This document shows positions 55,905-64,000 of a stretch of 64,000 nucleotides of DNA, in pieces. How positions within the stretch are numbered: the stretch's first letter is position 1; every line of letters starts with the position of its first letter. Under the pieces are notes generated by a model. It did not search any database. It had not been told where the DNA came from and worked only from the letters and a program-made list of their open reading frames with translations. Source of the DNA: an uncultured virus (IMG/VR IMGVR_UViG_3300029955_000017) (lineage: Duplodnaviria > Heunggongvirae > Uroviricota > Caudoviricetes); the IMG/VR virus record IMGVR_UViG_3300029955_000017. One strand, written 5' to 3'. The translations under genes were made by a program, and so were the position numbers.

Positions 55905-57011
55905 TCAGGTTCCGGGTTCACGAATGTCGCCGCCGGTAGCGCAGCAGGGTTTTCCGTCTTCTGTCCAGCCGGTATACCGAACAGTGAGCTGTTTTCCGAT
56001 GAGTGCGGGTGCTTCGATGAGCATCCGCCGACGTTTATCCGCGGTCCCTCGTGGAACCACTTCGAAGGGCGCTCCGTTCTTGGTCTTACAGGTGAAGACC
56101 GGCATATCGAGAAACTTGCCCTTGCCGACCGTGTAGCCAACGATCGGAAACTCTGCATCCTCGAAGGCTTTGAACTTGAGCAGATCCGGGCTTCGAAAAC
56201 CGTACCGGTAGGTGCCCTCATTCAAGCGCACGATGCCACCTTCGTAGCCCTCGGCCACAAGCCGATCATGGTGGGCCTGGACGTCGTTCGGTGAATGGAC
56301 AGTCCATGTCGGAACACATTTGATGGGGCCGTCCGTATGGGTTTCGAGAAAGGCCGAGAGCCAGACGCAGCGCGTTGACCACGGCACACTGCTATCGGGG
56401 GGCCACGTGGCATCGTAGGCATGGTACTCAATCAGTACCGACTCCGGTTGGGGCTTGCGCACCAACGAGTTAATGCGCTCGAGGCTCATGCCGTGCGTGT
56501 ACAGCTCGCCGTCAAGCGTCGTGTGCACAGGTAAAAACGTGCTTAGGGCGTTTGCAATGTGGACCACGCTGTAGGGATCGCCGCCTCTGGATTGAAGGCG
56601 TACGCTGCCGTTGCTCCAATAAGAAAGGCAGCGCAACCCGTTGTACTTGGGCTGCATCGTCGCCGGCCATACGATCCTCTTAACGCGATCCTTGAAGTTC
56701 AGCGCCAACATAGGCTTGAGCAGGAAGCTCAGCTCCCGCGTCTGGTTGTACTTCTTTTTGCACTGCTTCTTCCACTTCGCGATGGCTTCAAACCGTGCTT
56801 GTTCCTCCGCCGTCGTGGCGTTGACGCGTCCCACATTCTTGGGAACGCAGCGAAAGCGCGCTTCTTGCTGTTGCCCCTCCTCTAAACCCCAGCGTACGCA
56901 GACATCCGGACCTTCGACCCAGCACAGCCACGTGTTGGTCGTTCCCGTCGCCGTCTTTGCGTAAAGGAGGGGAAGGGGGCTGTTCCCCTTCCAATTATCA
57001 ATGTCGTCCAT
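55905..57011 (-). CDS. lig: ATP-dependent DNA ligase with N-terminal WGR-like domain
   Basis: PMLA, QPKYNGLR (motif I), LDGELY, EGGIVR, LLKFK and OB-fold LTVRY; promoter GAAAC-N14-GGCATAAC at 57029-57055. Confidence 0.92.
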   Translation of the reverse strand: MDDIDNWKGNSPLPLLYAKTATGTTNTWLCWVEGPDVCVRWGLEEGQQQEARFRCVPKNVGRVNATTAEEQARFEAIAKWKKQCKKKYNQTRELSFLLKPMLALNFKDRVKRIVWPATMQPKYNGLRCLSYWSNGSVRLQSRGGDPYSVVHIANALSTFLPVHTTLDGELYTHGMSLERINSLVRKPQPESVLIEYHAYDATWPPDSSVPWSTRCVWLSAFLETHTDGPIKCVPTWTVHSPNDVQAHHDRLVAEGYEGGIVRLNEGTYRYGFRSPDLLKFKAFEDAEFPIVGYTVGKGKFLDMPVFTCKTKNGAPFEVVPRGTADKRRRMLIEAPALIGKQLTVRYTGWTEDGKPCCATGGDIREPGT

Positions 57012-57119
57012 CGTAAGTCTCCGTAATAGTTATGCCAAAAAGTATCTGATGTTTCACGTGTTAGACGGCGCTCAGTACCGTTGTGCCCTAAATCCGTGCG
57101 ATGTTGCTAGACTGAAGCC

Positions 57120-57461
57120 GTGGCCTCCGACAAGGACAAAAGCGAAGAACGCGCGCAGCAAACAGCGCAGATGAAAATGCGCTCGGCGATCAACGATGCC
57201 TACGCCGCGCTTCAAGGAGATGCGGCCACACAATCCTTCGTGGCATTTACTTTTGAAGAAGCCGTGGACAGCCAGATCGAACGCATTTCGGGAACCAGTA
57301 CGCGCTTGCGGCCCAATGAGCTGGATCGCGTGACCGCGATTCAGAACAATTTAACCCAAGCCATTCAAGTCATTAAGCAGTCGCCCCCGTCGGCCTTCAT
57401 GGCCCCCGATCCGACGCGGGACGTCAATACACCCGTTACCCCTACAGGGAGTGGATCATGA
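57120..57461 (+). CDS. hypothetical (possibly virion) protein
   Basis: TGcTAGACT-N6-GTG. Confidence 0.65.
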   Translation: MASDKDKSEERAQQTAQMKMRSAINDAYAALQGDAATQSFVAFTFEEAVDSQIERISGTSTRLRPNELDRVTAIQNNLTQAIQVIKQSPPSAFMAPDPTRDVNTPVTPTGSGS

Positions 57462-58057
57462 GAGCAGTGACGGCAGCAGTAGGTTCTCGTGGAATTGATG
57501 CGTTGACCCTTGTGAACACACCCGCCGTGGCCGCTGGGTTGAAGAAAAGCGGTGTTGATTTTGTTGGGCAGTACCTTGGCCGGGTTACGCCGGCGAGCGT
57601 CGCTTGCCTCTTGGAAGCCGGCTTGGCCTTTACACCGATTACTTACGCCGACATCTTCGATCCCAATGACGGGCTTGAGGTACTGAAGCTCCTCGGTGCT
57701 CCTTCAGGATGCACGGTTTGGCTCGACGTGGAATCGGTAACGACGCTGACGGTCGCTGAATTGCAACAGAAGATCAATGCCTGGGCGAGTGCCTTGGCAG
57801 GCGCGGGGTATCAACCCGGCGTGTACGTGGGCTGCTTGAGCTTGTTGACGAGCGCGGAGCTCTACGCACTCAAGGTGGTGCGCTACTGGAAGTCGCAGAG
57901 CTGCGTACGGGATCGCTTTAACAATCTGGTCGAGCCTACATGCGGTTGGTGCATGTACCAGCTTTACCCCAGCGTTAGCTGGGCAGGGGTCTGGTCGGAC
58001 GTCAACTTCGTGCAGCAAGACCATAAGGGGCGCTTGCCTGTCTTGGTGCAGGCGTAG
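57458..58057 (+). CDS. DUF1906/GH25-like muramidase (endolysin or tail lysin)
   Basis: GIDA, G.DFVGQYL, VWLDVE, GYQPGVYVG, YW and SDVN motifs. Confidence 0.8.
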   Translation: MRAVTAAVGSRGIDALTLVNTPAVAAGLKKSGVDFVGQYLGRVTPASVACLLEAGLAFTPITYADIFDPNDGLEVLKLLGAPSGCTVWLDVESVTTLTVAELQQKINAWASALAGAGYQPGVYVGCLSLLTSAELYALKVVRYWKSQSCVRDRFNNLVEPTCGWCMYQLYPSVSWAGVWSDVNFVQQDHKGRLPVLVQA

Positions 58058-58063
58058 CTTTTC

Positions 58064-58092
58064 TTGACAAGGGATCGAACTTGTTTTAGCCT
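58064..58092 (+). promoter_or_regulatory. sigma70 promoter TTGACA-N17-TAGCCT
   Basis: Consensus -35 with optimal spacing, intergenic. Confidence 0.6.
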
Positions 58093-58096
58093 TCCC

Positions 58097-58178
58097 ACTC
58101 CTTCGTTGGTTCGGGTGATTCGTCGCGTGTGTGCTCTTCGAAGACCCGCTGGTTAGCTCCGGCGGGTCTTCGTCTTTG
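58097..58178 (+). ncRNA. Candidate ~80-nt small RNA
   Basis: Bounded by the sigma70 promoter and a 13-bp hairpin; no ORF. Confidence 0.4.
58140..58178 (+). terminator. Hairpin GAAGACCCGCTGG-TTAGCT-CCGGCGGGTCTTC + GTCTTT
   Basis: 13-bp stem with one G-U pair. Confidence 0.75.
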
Positions 58179-58195
58179 TGGTGTAGAATCACGCG

Positions 58196-58855
58196 GTGGC
58201 TCTCGACCTACAGATCATCCAACCGCAAAACGCGATTCCCGTTAGTCGCACCACGCTGGTGACCATCGGAGGGCTGCGCGCGCTGGATGTTTTGGGTTCG
58301 GACTTTCGCAGTGTTGATACGGTGTACATCAACGACGTGGAGAGCCCCGATGTCATCGTGGTCAGCGCAACGCGTCTCCTCGCGCAGTTGCCAAGCAGCT
58401 TGCAGAGCTTCCCCGACGTTCAAAGCGTTCAGGTACTGAGCCGCCAGCTGACCCTGTCGAAAAGCAGCGTCCTACGCTTTATCATCGGAGATACCCCCGG
58501 TACGGTGTTTGGTATTCTTCGGTTGCTTCAGCTCTTCGTGAAAGTGCTTCTGAGTGAACCCGGCAGCGACATATTCAACAAGACGTTGGGGGGTGCGCTC
58601 CTTCGTTCTGTAGGCACTACCTTTGGCAGCGAAGAGGGCGACAACATTCGAACCAATGCGCTGATCGCGGTAGACCGAACCTCGCGACAGATCATTTCAA
58701 TTCAAAGCCGCAATGGTACGCTGCCCCGCGACGAGCGCTTGCTCAGTGCAAAGCTGATGGGCGCCACGTTTTCTCGAGCAAGCACGTCCATGTTTCTCAG
58801 CATTGAAGTCATGTCCCAGACCGGTGTACCGGCACGAATGAACATGGAGCTATGA
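58196..58855 (+). CDS. Baseplate wedge gp25-like protein with N-terminal IPT/TIG-like domain
   Basis: G.DF...TVYIN...VVSATRLLA; LLQLFVKVLLSEPGSDIF...GG; immediately precedes J-like gene. Confidence 0.7.
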   Translation: MALDLQIIQPQNAIPVSRTTLVTIGGLRALDVLGSDFRSVDTVYINDVESPDVIVVSATRLLAQLPSSLQSFPDVQSVQVLSRQLTLSKSSVLRFIIGDTPGTVFGILRLLQLFVKVLLSEPGSDIFNKTLGGALLRSVGTTFGSEEGDNIRTNALIAVDRTSRQIISIQSRNGTLPRDERLLSAKLMGATFSRASTSMFLSIEVMSQTGVPARMNMEL

Positions 58856-61800
58856 ATGGCCCTGCGCGATTATGAGGCGTTTATCCGGCAGTGTGTTGCG
58901 GCGTTCGACCCGAACCTCGACACGACTCCCGGCTCGCCGTTCGACAACAAGGTCATTCAGCCCCTCGAGCGCCGTTTAGGCCCCGATCCCTTTTCGGTGG
59001 ACTTGATGACCTTTGTCATCGAGCGCTTGCGTCAAGCGTACCCGCAAATGGCCACGGGGGAAGCGGACACTCTGACGGATCTCTTGGTCAAACCCGTGAC
59101 CCTGCTCTGGGATCCACTGGTCCGCGAGAACACGCGCGTGCGTCGCAATTTATCGTTTGCGGATCCCAGCACGCTAACTGCTGAAGAGGCCGATAGCTTG
59201 GGCGGCAACTTTTTTGTGCCGCGGCAGCTCGGCAAGTTCTCTCAGGGGACAGGGCGCGTTTACTTCGCAACCCCACAGCAGATTACGGTGACCCAAAACA
59301 ATTTCGTCACGGCACTGGGAGGGCTCATTTTTGTGCCCACGTCGGTGCAGAGCATTCGCAGCGAAGAGATGCTCCTAAACATCGATACGAACGGTCTTTA
59401 CTACATCGACATTTCCTTGATCGCGAGCGCCCCGGGAAGCGCGTACGACATCACTCCCAACACGCTGTCGTCCATCGCCAACATCCCGTCGGCGGTGCAG
59501 ATCACCAACCTGGCGCGCTTTCAAGGAGGGGATGACGAAGAGTCCCCCGTGGATTATGCCGGGCGGCTTCAGCAGGGGTTGGGGGAAAAGAGCTTGGTTA
59601 CCCTGCGCGGCGCCGCGGCCAAGCTGCTGGAAGCCTTCCCCGCGATCAACCGGTTGAACTTGGTGGGGGCGGGGGACCCGGAGATGCAGCGCGACGTGCT
59701 CACCGGTGGCGGGCTAGGGCCCATCGTGGCTTCGGGGACCGGGGGCGTGGCCATCAGCGATGGGGGCGATGGGGCATTTACGCGACGCTTCTTCACCAAC
59801 GAAGTGAACTTCGACGACGTCGTCGGGTCCGAGACCGATTTTGTGCTGACCGTCTTCGGGGCTGTGTCCGGGGTGGCCGCCGCTGTCGACATTGCAGTGC
59901 AGCGCGTCGTCGATCAAAACAGCGTCGATCTCGTAAGTCCTCTTTTGGTGCTGACGACGTCGGGCATCGCATGGATGCTGCGTCAGACGCAATTGACGCT
60001 AAGCACCATCCCCGGGGGAATTCTCTTTCCCAACACGCCCAACGGGGAACTGGTGGTCCCGAGCGGAACCATTCACATAGGGGGCGCTTTTGACTCTTAC
60101 GTGCGCGGCAATGACTTTGATACAGCCACGTTGGCCCTCGCCAATGTGGCGGCAGACACCCCGTTGATTTCGGGTGTGCACGCGCTCGTTACGGACAACA
60201 CGGGGGGCGGCGTAACGAACACGTCCTTGGTTACGCTGGCGGATTTGCTGCTTGGAGGGAACTACCAAGCGGGAGACAGCACGGACACCGTGCTCGCCAC
60301 CGCCGAGTACGAGGGGTACGCCTTTCAGCTCGAGAACGGACCCAACACGGGAACGTATCGCATTCTTGAGTACTTTCCGGCCAGTGCCCCGGGGGGAAAT
60401 CCAGCCCTTCGTGTAGCGGGTGCTTTGGCGGTCAGCACCCTTGTACCGGCGCGCTGGCGGCTTTTCAGTGACATCGACGTCAACTTGATTGAACCGAAGC
60501 AAACCCATGTGAGCGGGCAGGATTTGGTGGCGACGCAAGGCAGCGCGCTTGTTACTACCGAAGGGGACATCAGCTTTACAGATTTTGGCGTCAGTAAAGG
60601 CGATACGCTTCGAATCCTTGATGGCCCCAATGCGGGGGATTACACCATCATCGCTAACCCCCTGGTGCCGGATTACGATTACATCCAGGTGGACCGGGCG
60701 CTTGCTTTCTCGAGTACGGATACAAGTTACACGGTATTCACGCCGAATAGCGGAAGCCTGACGCTGCCACTGGTGCGCATTACGAGCGTTGAATTGTTGG
60801 ACTCCAGCGCGCAGCCGCTTGGTAGCTTTATTCCCTACGCAAAGCCTATCGACATTCAAAGCCGGTCCTTTCAAAATGCTGGGCAGGGCGTTAAGCACGA
60901 TCTACGCAACGTTCGTGTAGGGCTCGTCAGCCTTCAGGCGGATCCCACATCGCTGAGCTTTGTCATTGGCGTGGGCGCTACCACGTTGACATTTTACTTC
61001 CCCACGTTGGCGTACCCTGCGGTTACGGTGACCTTAACCCCGGGCGCGGTTCTTTTAACTGATCTCATCGACCAGCTCAACGAACTGCTTTTGGTAGGAA
61101 CTGGGGGTATTTATGCTGAAGTCATCGTTCAGGTAAACACACGTCAGTTTGGCGTGCGCCCGGTGGGTGACGGCTTCGTAGCCCTCATCGGGGGTACTGC
61201 GCGCACCACCTTATTTGGCTACGCCGATTTGCGCACAACCGCGGATATCCGTACCGACGAAGGCGACACCGTCGACAATTGGTGGGGTACTCTAAACCCC
61301 GCCATCGACCCCATTACAGGGCTGGACGTGGTGCAGATCATCGATGGGCGCAATAGCGGGTTCTACGCGGGTCCTTTCCTTTTGCAGGCGCAGGACACGA
61401 CCGACTTTCCCCAGGCCGCAGCCTCCCGTGCTCTGCTCATTGGAAGCTCCCTCGACGCGTTGAGTAATGGGGGCGTCTGCTTTGCTCCTGATGCCCAGCG
61501 CCATGTCATTCTGGGTTCGCGGTCCCTTGGCAGCGCGCGCGTTTACTTCTTGGAACCCACGACGTTCGAGGTCAACGCCAACACCGTCTTTACCTACGAC
61601 GCGGGCGCGACAGGTTTCATTCAGTTCATCCCGGACCCCACGCTGAACCAACAGCAGATTCCGCCTCTACCAAACGGTGTAACGCCCACCGATGGGGTGG
61701 CTACTGCGGCGGGTACTTCGTTCAGTTCCGCGAGCCAGGACTTTCTTCTTTCGGGCATTAACATTGGGGATCAGCTCTTCATCGACAACATTCCCCTGGC

Positions 61801-62983
61801 TGGTACGGTTGCACTGACCAATCCCGTTGTAGGGGCTGCTGGAACAACGCTGATTTACAGCATTCAAGACAGCCCGGATCGCCAGCTCGTGTTGGTGCGT
61901 GATGACCCAACGATTCCCGCCAATGCCGTTACAATGACGGGCATCATCAACCAGATCAACGCATCCATCGGATTGACAGTGGCGTCGTACAACGCCAGCA
62001 ATCAGCTGACGTTCAGCACAAGTCTTCCCTTTGTTATTCGAGCGCAGGGAACAGCAAACCCCATTCTGCTAGGGGATATTCTGGGGTATGCGGGGCCTCG
62101 TGCGTTCAGCGATGAAGACACCAGTAATGCGTCGCCGTACAGTTTGGAGGATGGGTACACCGTCACGGATGTGGGCACGACAACGTTAGGGGTAATGCCA
62201 GTCTTCACGTCCAGCGACCCCAACTGGCCCGCTACAATGACGAATCAAACCTTTCGCGTACTGCGCAAAGGGGTGCAGCGGGTATCCACCACGCAAATGG
62301 CTGTGCAGATAGCGGAGGCGGGGCTTTACTACGTGGATGTGCAGCTCGTTAGCATGGGCGCCGGAGACTTCTGGAACATCACCGACAGTAACCAGATGAC
62401 GGCCATGGGGTACAAATCCGACGGGTATTACTTAACGACCGCCGATTCCAATTTGACGTTCAGCCTTGTCGAGCGGCCTACCTTGATCGTGTCCCGAACC
62501 ATCCTCGAGCAGGGGGTGGATGATGATCCGCGAAACGCGACACAGGTTTCTGGGCAGAACCTTCAGATTGCGTACGATCGCTCAGACCTCGTGGGATCCG
62601 TTCAAGCGTTTGAGATGAGTGAAACGGAGCGGGTTGTTTGTGCGAGCCCCCTAAGCCGCCACCTGATCCCTCATTTCGTGCGCTTCGACATGACGTACTA
62701 CGGGGGTAGCGACGAAAGCGTCGTTCTGGCGGATGTGCAGACGTACATCAAGAACATTTACCCAACGGATGGGCTGGACGCGTCCGAAGTTCAACAGTTG
62801 GCGGGTAATCGGGGAGCGACCAAGGTCACGAACCCACTGACCCTCCTCGCAGTGGTTCACTACGAAGACCGCTCCGTTTACATTCAGCGGTCCCAGGATT
62901 CTCTGGGTGTCAGCCGTCTAAATGCGTTCTTCCCTGATGTGCTCAACATCACGCGCAGTCTTTCGAGCACGAGTAACCTATAA
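58856..62983 (+). CDS. Baseplate J-like (T4 gp6-like) wedge protein
   Basis: LIASAPGSAYDI...ITN..FQGGDDEES...RL motif; 1375 aa with inserted beta domains. Confidence 0.8.
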   Translation: MALRDYEAFIRQCVAAFDPNLDTTPGSPFDNKVIQPLERRLGPDPFSVDLMTFVIERLRQAYPQMATGEADTLTDLLVKPVTLLWDPLVRENTRVRRNLSFADPSTLTAEEADSLGGNFFVPRQLGKFSQGTGRVYFATPQQITVTQNNFVTALGGLIFVPTSVQSIRSEEMLLNIDTNGLYYIDISLIASAPGSAYDITPNTLSSIANIPSAVQITNLARFQGGDDEESPVDYAGRLQQGLGEKSLVTLRGAAAKLLEAFPAINRLNLVGAGDPEMQRDVLTGGGLGPIVASGTGGVAISDGGDGAFTRRFFTNEVNFDDVVGSETDFVLTVFGAVSGVAAAVDIAVQRVVDQNSVDLVSPLLVLTTSGIAWMLRQTQLTLSTIPGGILFPNTPNGELVVPSGTIHIGGAFDSYVRGNDFDTATLALANVAADTPLISGVHALVTDNTGGGVTNTSLVTLADLLLGGNYQAGDSTDTVLATAEYEGYAFQLENGPNTGTYRILEYFPASAPGGNPALRVAGALAVSTLVPARWRLFSDIDVNLIEPKQTHVSGQDLVATQGSALVTTEGDISFTDFGVSKGDTLRILDGPNAGDYTIIANPLVPDYDYIQVDRALAFSSTDTSYTVFTPNSGSLTLPLVRITSVELLDSSAQPLGSFIPYAKPIDIQSRSFQNAGQGVKHDLRNVRVGLVSLQADPTSLSFVIGVGATTLTFYFPTLAYPAVTVTLTPGAVLLTDLIDQLNELLLVGTGGIYAEVIVQVNTRQFGVRPVGDGFVALIGGTARTTLFGYADLRTTADIRTDEGDTVDNWWGTLNPAIDPITGLDVVQIIDGRNSGFYAGPFLLQAQDTTDFPQAAASRALLIGSSLDALSNGGVCFAPDAQRHVILGSRSLGSARVYFLEPTTFEVNANTVFTYDAGATGFIQFIPDPTLNQQQIPPLPNGVTPTDGVATAAGTSFSSASQDFLLSGINIGDQLFIDNIPLAGTVALTNPVVGAAGTTLIYSIQDSPDRQLVLVRDDPTIPANAVTMTGIINQINASIGLTVASYNASNQLTFSTSLPFVIRAQGTANPILLGDILGYAGPRAFSDEDTSNASPYSLEDGYTVTDVGTTTLGVMPVFTSSDPNWPATMTNQTFRVLRKGVQRVSTTQMAVQIAEAGLYYVDVQLVSMGAGDFWNITDSNQMTAMGYKSDGYYLTTADSNLTFSLVERPTLIVSRTILEQGVDDDPRNATQVSGQNLQIAYDRSDLVGSVQAFEMSETERVVCASPLSRHLIPHFVRFDMTYYGGSDESVVLADVQTYIKNIYPTDGLDASEVQQLAGNRGATKVTNPLTLLAVVHYEDRSVYIQRSQDSLGVSRLNAFFPDVLNITRSLSSTSNL

Positions 62984-62985
62984 TG

Positions 62986-63354
62986 TCAACGGTGTACTCC
63001 GCTGACATCATCATCCAGGGGGATGGTGGGTACGAAGTGGCCTTCGTCGACGATCAATCCACTGCGTGGGTTCATCAAGAGCTTGCACGAAAGGCAGCGC
63101 AGAAGCGCTTGCGCCGTTGCGCAGTCTGGAAGCCATGTGGTGCCGGCACCCCGTGCACCACCGATAAATTCACGGATCATGTCGCTGCGGCAGCTCGGGC
63201 ACACGAATTGGTTGTAGAAGGCGGCGTCTGCCTTGGCAGCCGGCGCAATTGCATCCGTGTATCCTTGAATGGCCTTGCGCGCGACGTCCGGGTTCAGCGT
63301 TTGAACCGCGCCGCGGGCTTGCGCAAAGTCAGCCAGCGTTATGGTCTTCGACAT
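62986..63354 (-). CDS. Zn-ribbon protein
   Basis: CPSC...CLSC; TGcTACCCT-N6-ATG. Confidence 0.65.
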   Translation of the reverse strand: MSKTITLADFAQARGAVQTLNPDVARKAIQGYTDAIAPAAKADAAFYNQFVCPSCRSDMIREFIGGARGAGTTWLPDCATAQALLRCLSCKLLMNPRSGLIVDEGHFVPTIPLDDDVSGVHR

Positions 63355-63371
63355 CGAATGAGGGTAGCAGA

Positions 63372-64000
63372 ATGCCGAGTGCTGTAGCGCTTTTGACGTT
63401 TTCTCAAGGGTTGCGTGTAGGCAGTCCGGGTCAGGCACTGATCGTGGTCGACGGCGCTCCCGTCACCATCACCAATGCGGGGAACTCGGGCGTTCAATCC
63501 TTTTTGATCGAGCTTCTGTACGCGCCCCCAAGTAGCAGTCAGCAAATCACCCCGGGTACGCAGCCTCCGACGGTGTTGGCACAGGGTAACGGTGTACCGA
63601 CGGCCAGTTTGATGCCCGACGAGGGCGTTCACGGGTGTTACCGTCTTCGTTTGACGGTGTGGGCGGGGACGAATTACACGGGGCAATCGGACGTCGACAT
63701 CCGCAACGTCGCGGTGGTGACACCGATCTTGAAGTCGGTGAAGCCCCCCTACCAAAAGTTTCCGGATCCGTTGCCTCTGGAGGCCACAGGGGTTTCCGGT
63801 GCCAAGCCTGATGAGCTGAATTTCGAAGGGCAGCCGTGGGGATGGTCCGGTTCGGATTCCTATGAACGCACGGAGTACCACCTCTTAGACTCGTTTATGG
63901 AGCGCGTGGACGGCTTGGCCAGCGAGGGCATCGCCGGCCCCACAGGTCCCGCGGGCGCTACTGGTGCGGCGGGAGCCACGGGAATCCCGGGGCTTGCGGG
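63372..64000 (+). CDS. Tail fibre-like protein with collagen (G-X-Y) repeats, 3' partial
   Basis: Manually translated: MPSAVALLTFSQG...ELNFEGQPWGW...GIAGPTGPAGATGAAGATGIPGLA; runs off the window. Confidence 0.75.
   Translation, partial: MPSAVALLTFSQGLRVGSPGQALIVVDGAPVTITNAGNSGVQSFLIELLYAPPSSSQQITPGTQPPTVLAQGNGVPTASLMPDEGVHGCYRLRLTVWAGTNYTGQSDVDIRNVAVVTPILKSVKPPYQKFPDPLPLEATGVSGAKPDELNFEGQPWGWSGSDSYERTEYHLLDSFMERVDGLASEGIAGPTGPAGATGAAGATGIPGLA

Noticed and set aside
1..64000. Genome-wide TAG reassignment (code 15)
   Set aside because: Many clear genes end in TAG directly before the next gene (4053, 17126, 18176, 19311, 27112, 58057), and long ORFs are intact in code 11
1..64000. tRNA, rRNA, integrase, transposase, reverse transcriptase/DGR
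   Set aside because: No cloverleaf with T-loop, catalytic motifs or TR/VR pair recognised by eye; tRNAscan and HMM searches are still advisable

Overview
A 64-kb segment of a large (jumbo-type) tailed phage or prophage with a contractile-tail gene set. The host is probably a myxobacterium, inferred from a Ser-rich/DAG-motif Cys-rich lipoprotein. Intact, + strand virion genes (tape-measure-like, hub-like, gp25-like wedge, baseplate J-like, collagen-repeat fibre, putative internal head proteins) are scattered among about 60 small accessory genes. Recognisable enzymes and regulators: a group-3-like sigma-70 factor, RNase HII, a DUF932-like protein, a DEDDh exonuclease, a HAD 5'-nucleotidase, an ATP-dependent DNA ligase, a DUF1906 muramidase, an SLT-like protein, a GT-A-like protein, a Panacea/DUF4065 protein and a pentapeptide-repeat protein. 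The most novel signal is regulatory. (i) A motif, AA-rich pentamer-N13-15-GG(C/T)ATAA(C/G), lies upstream of about 11 accessory/replication genes and of the sigma gene itself. (ii) About 14 genes, including most structural ones, have leaderless TAnnnT-N5-8-start promoters. (iii) A K-x-A peptide motif is repeated in putative internal virion polyproteins and also occurs at the sigma N-terminus, suggesting a virion-packaged, injected sigma factor. (iv) Gene ends share a TTCTTT(T)AGC 3' signature, and there is a candidate ~80-nt sRNA. The accessory genes show many short tandem duplications, frameshifts and amber stops, while the long structural ORFs are intact. No tRNA, rRNA, CRISPR array, integrase or transposase was seen. 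All family calls come from reading motifs by eye, not from database searches.
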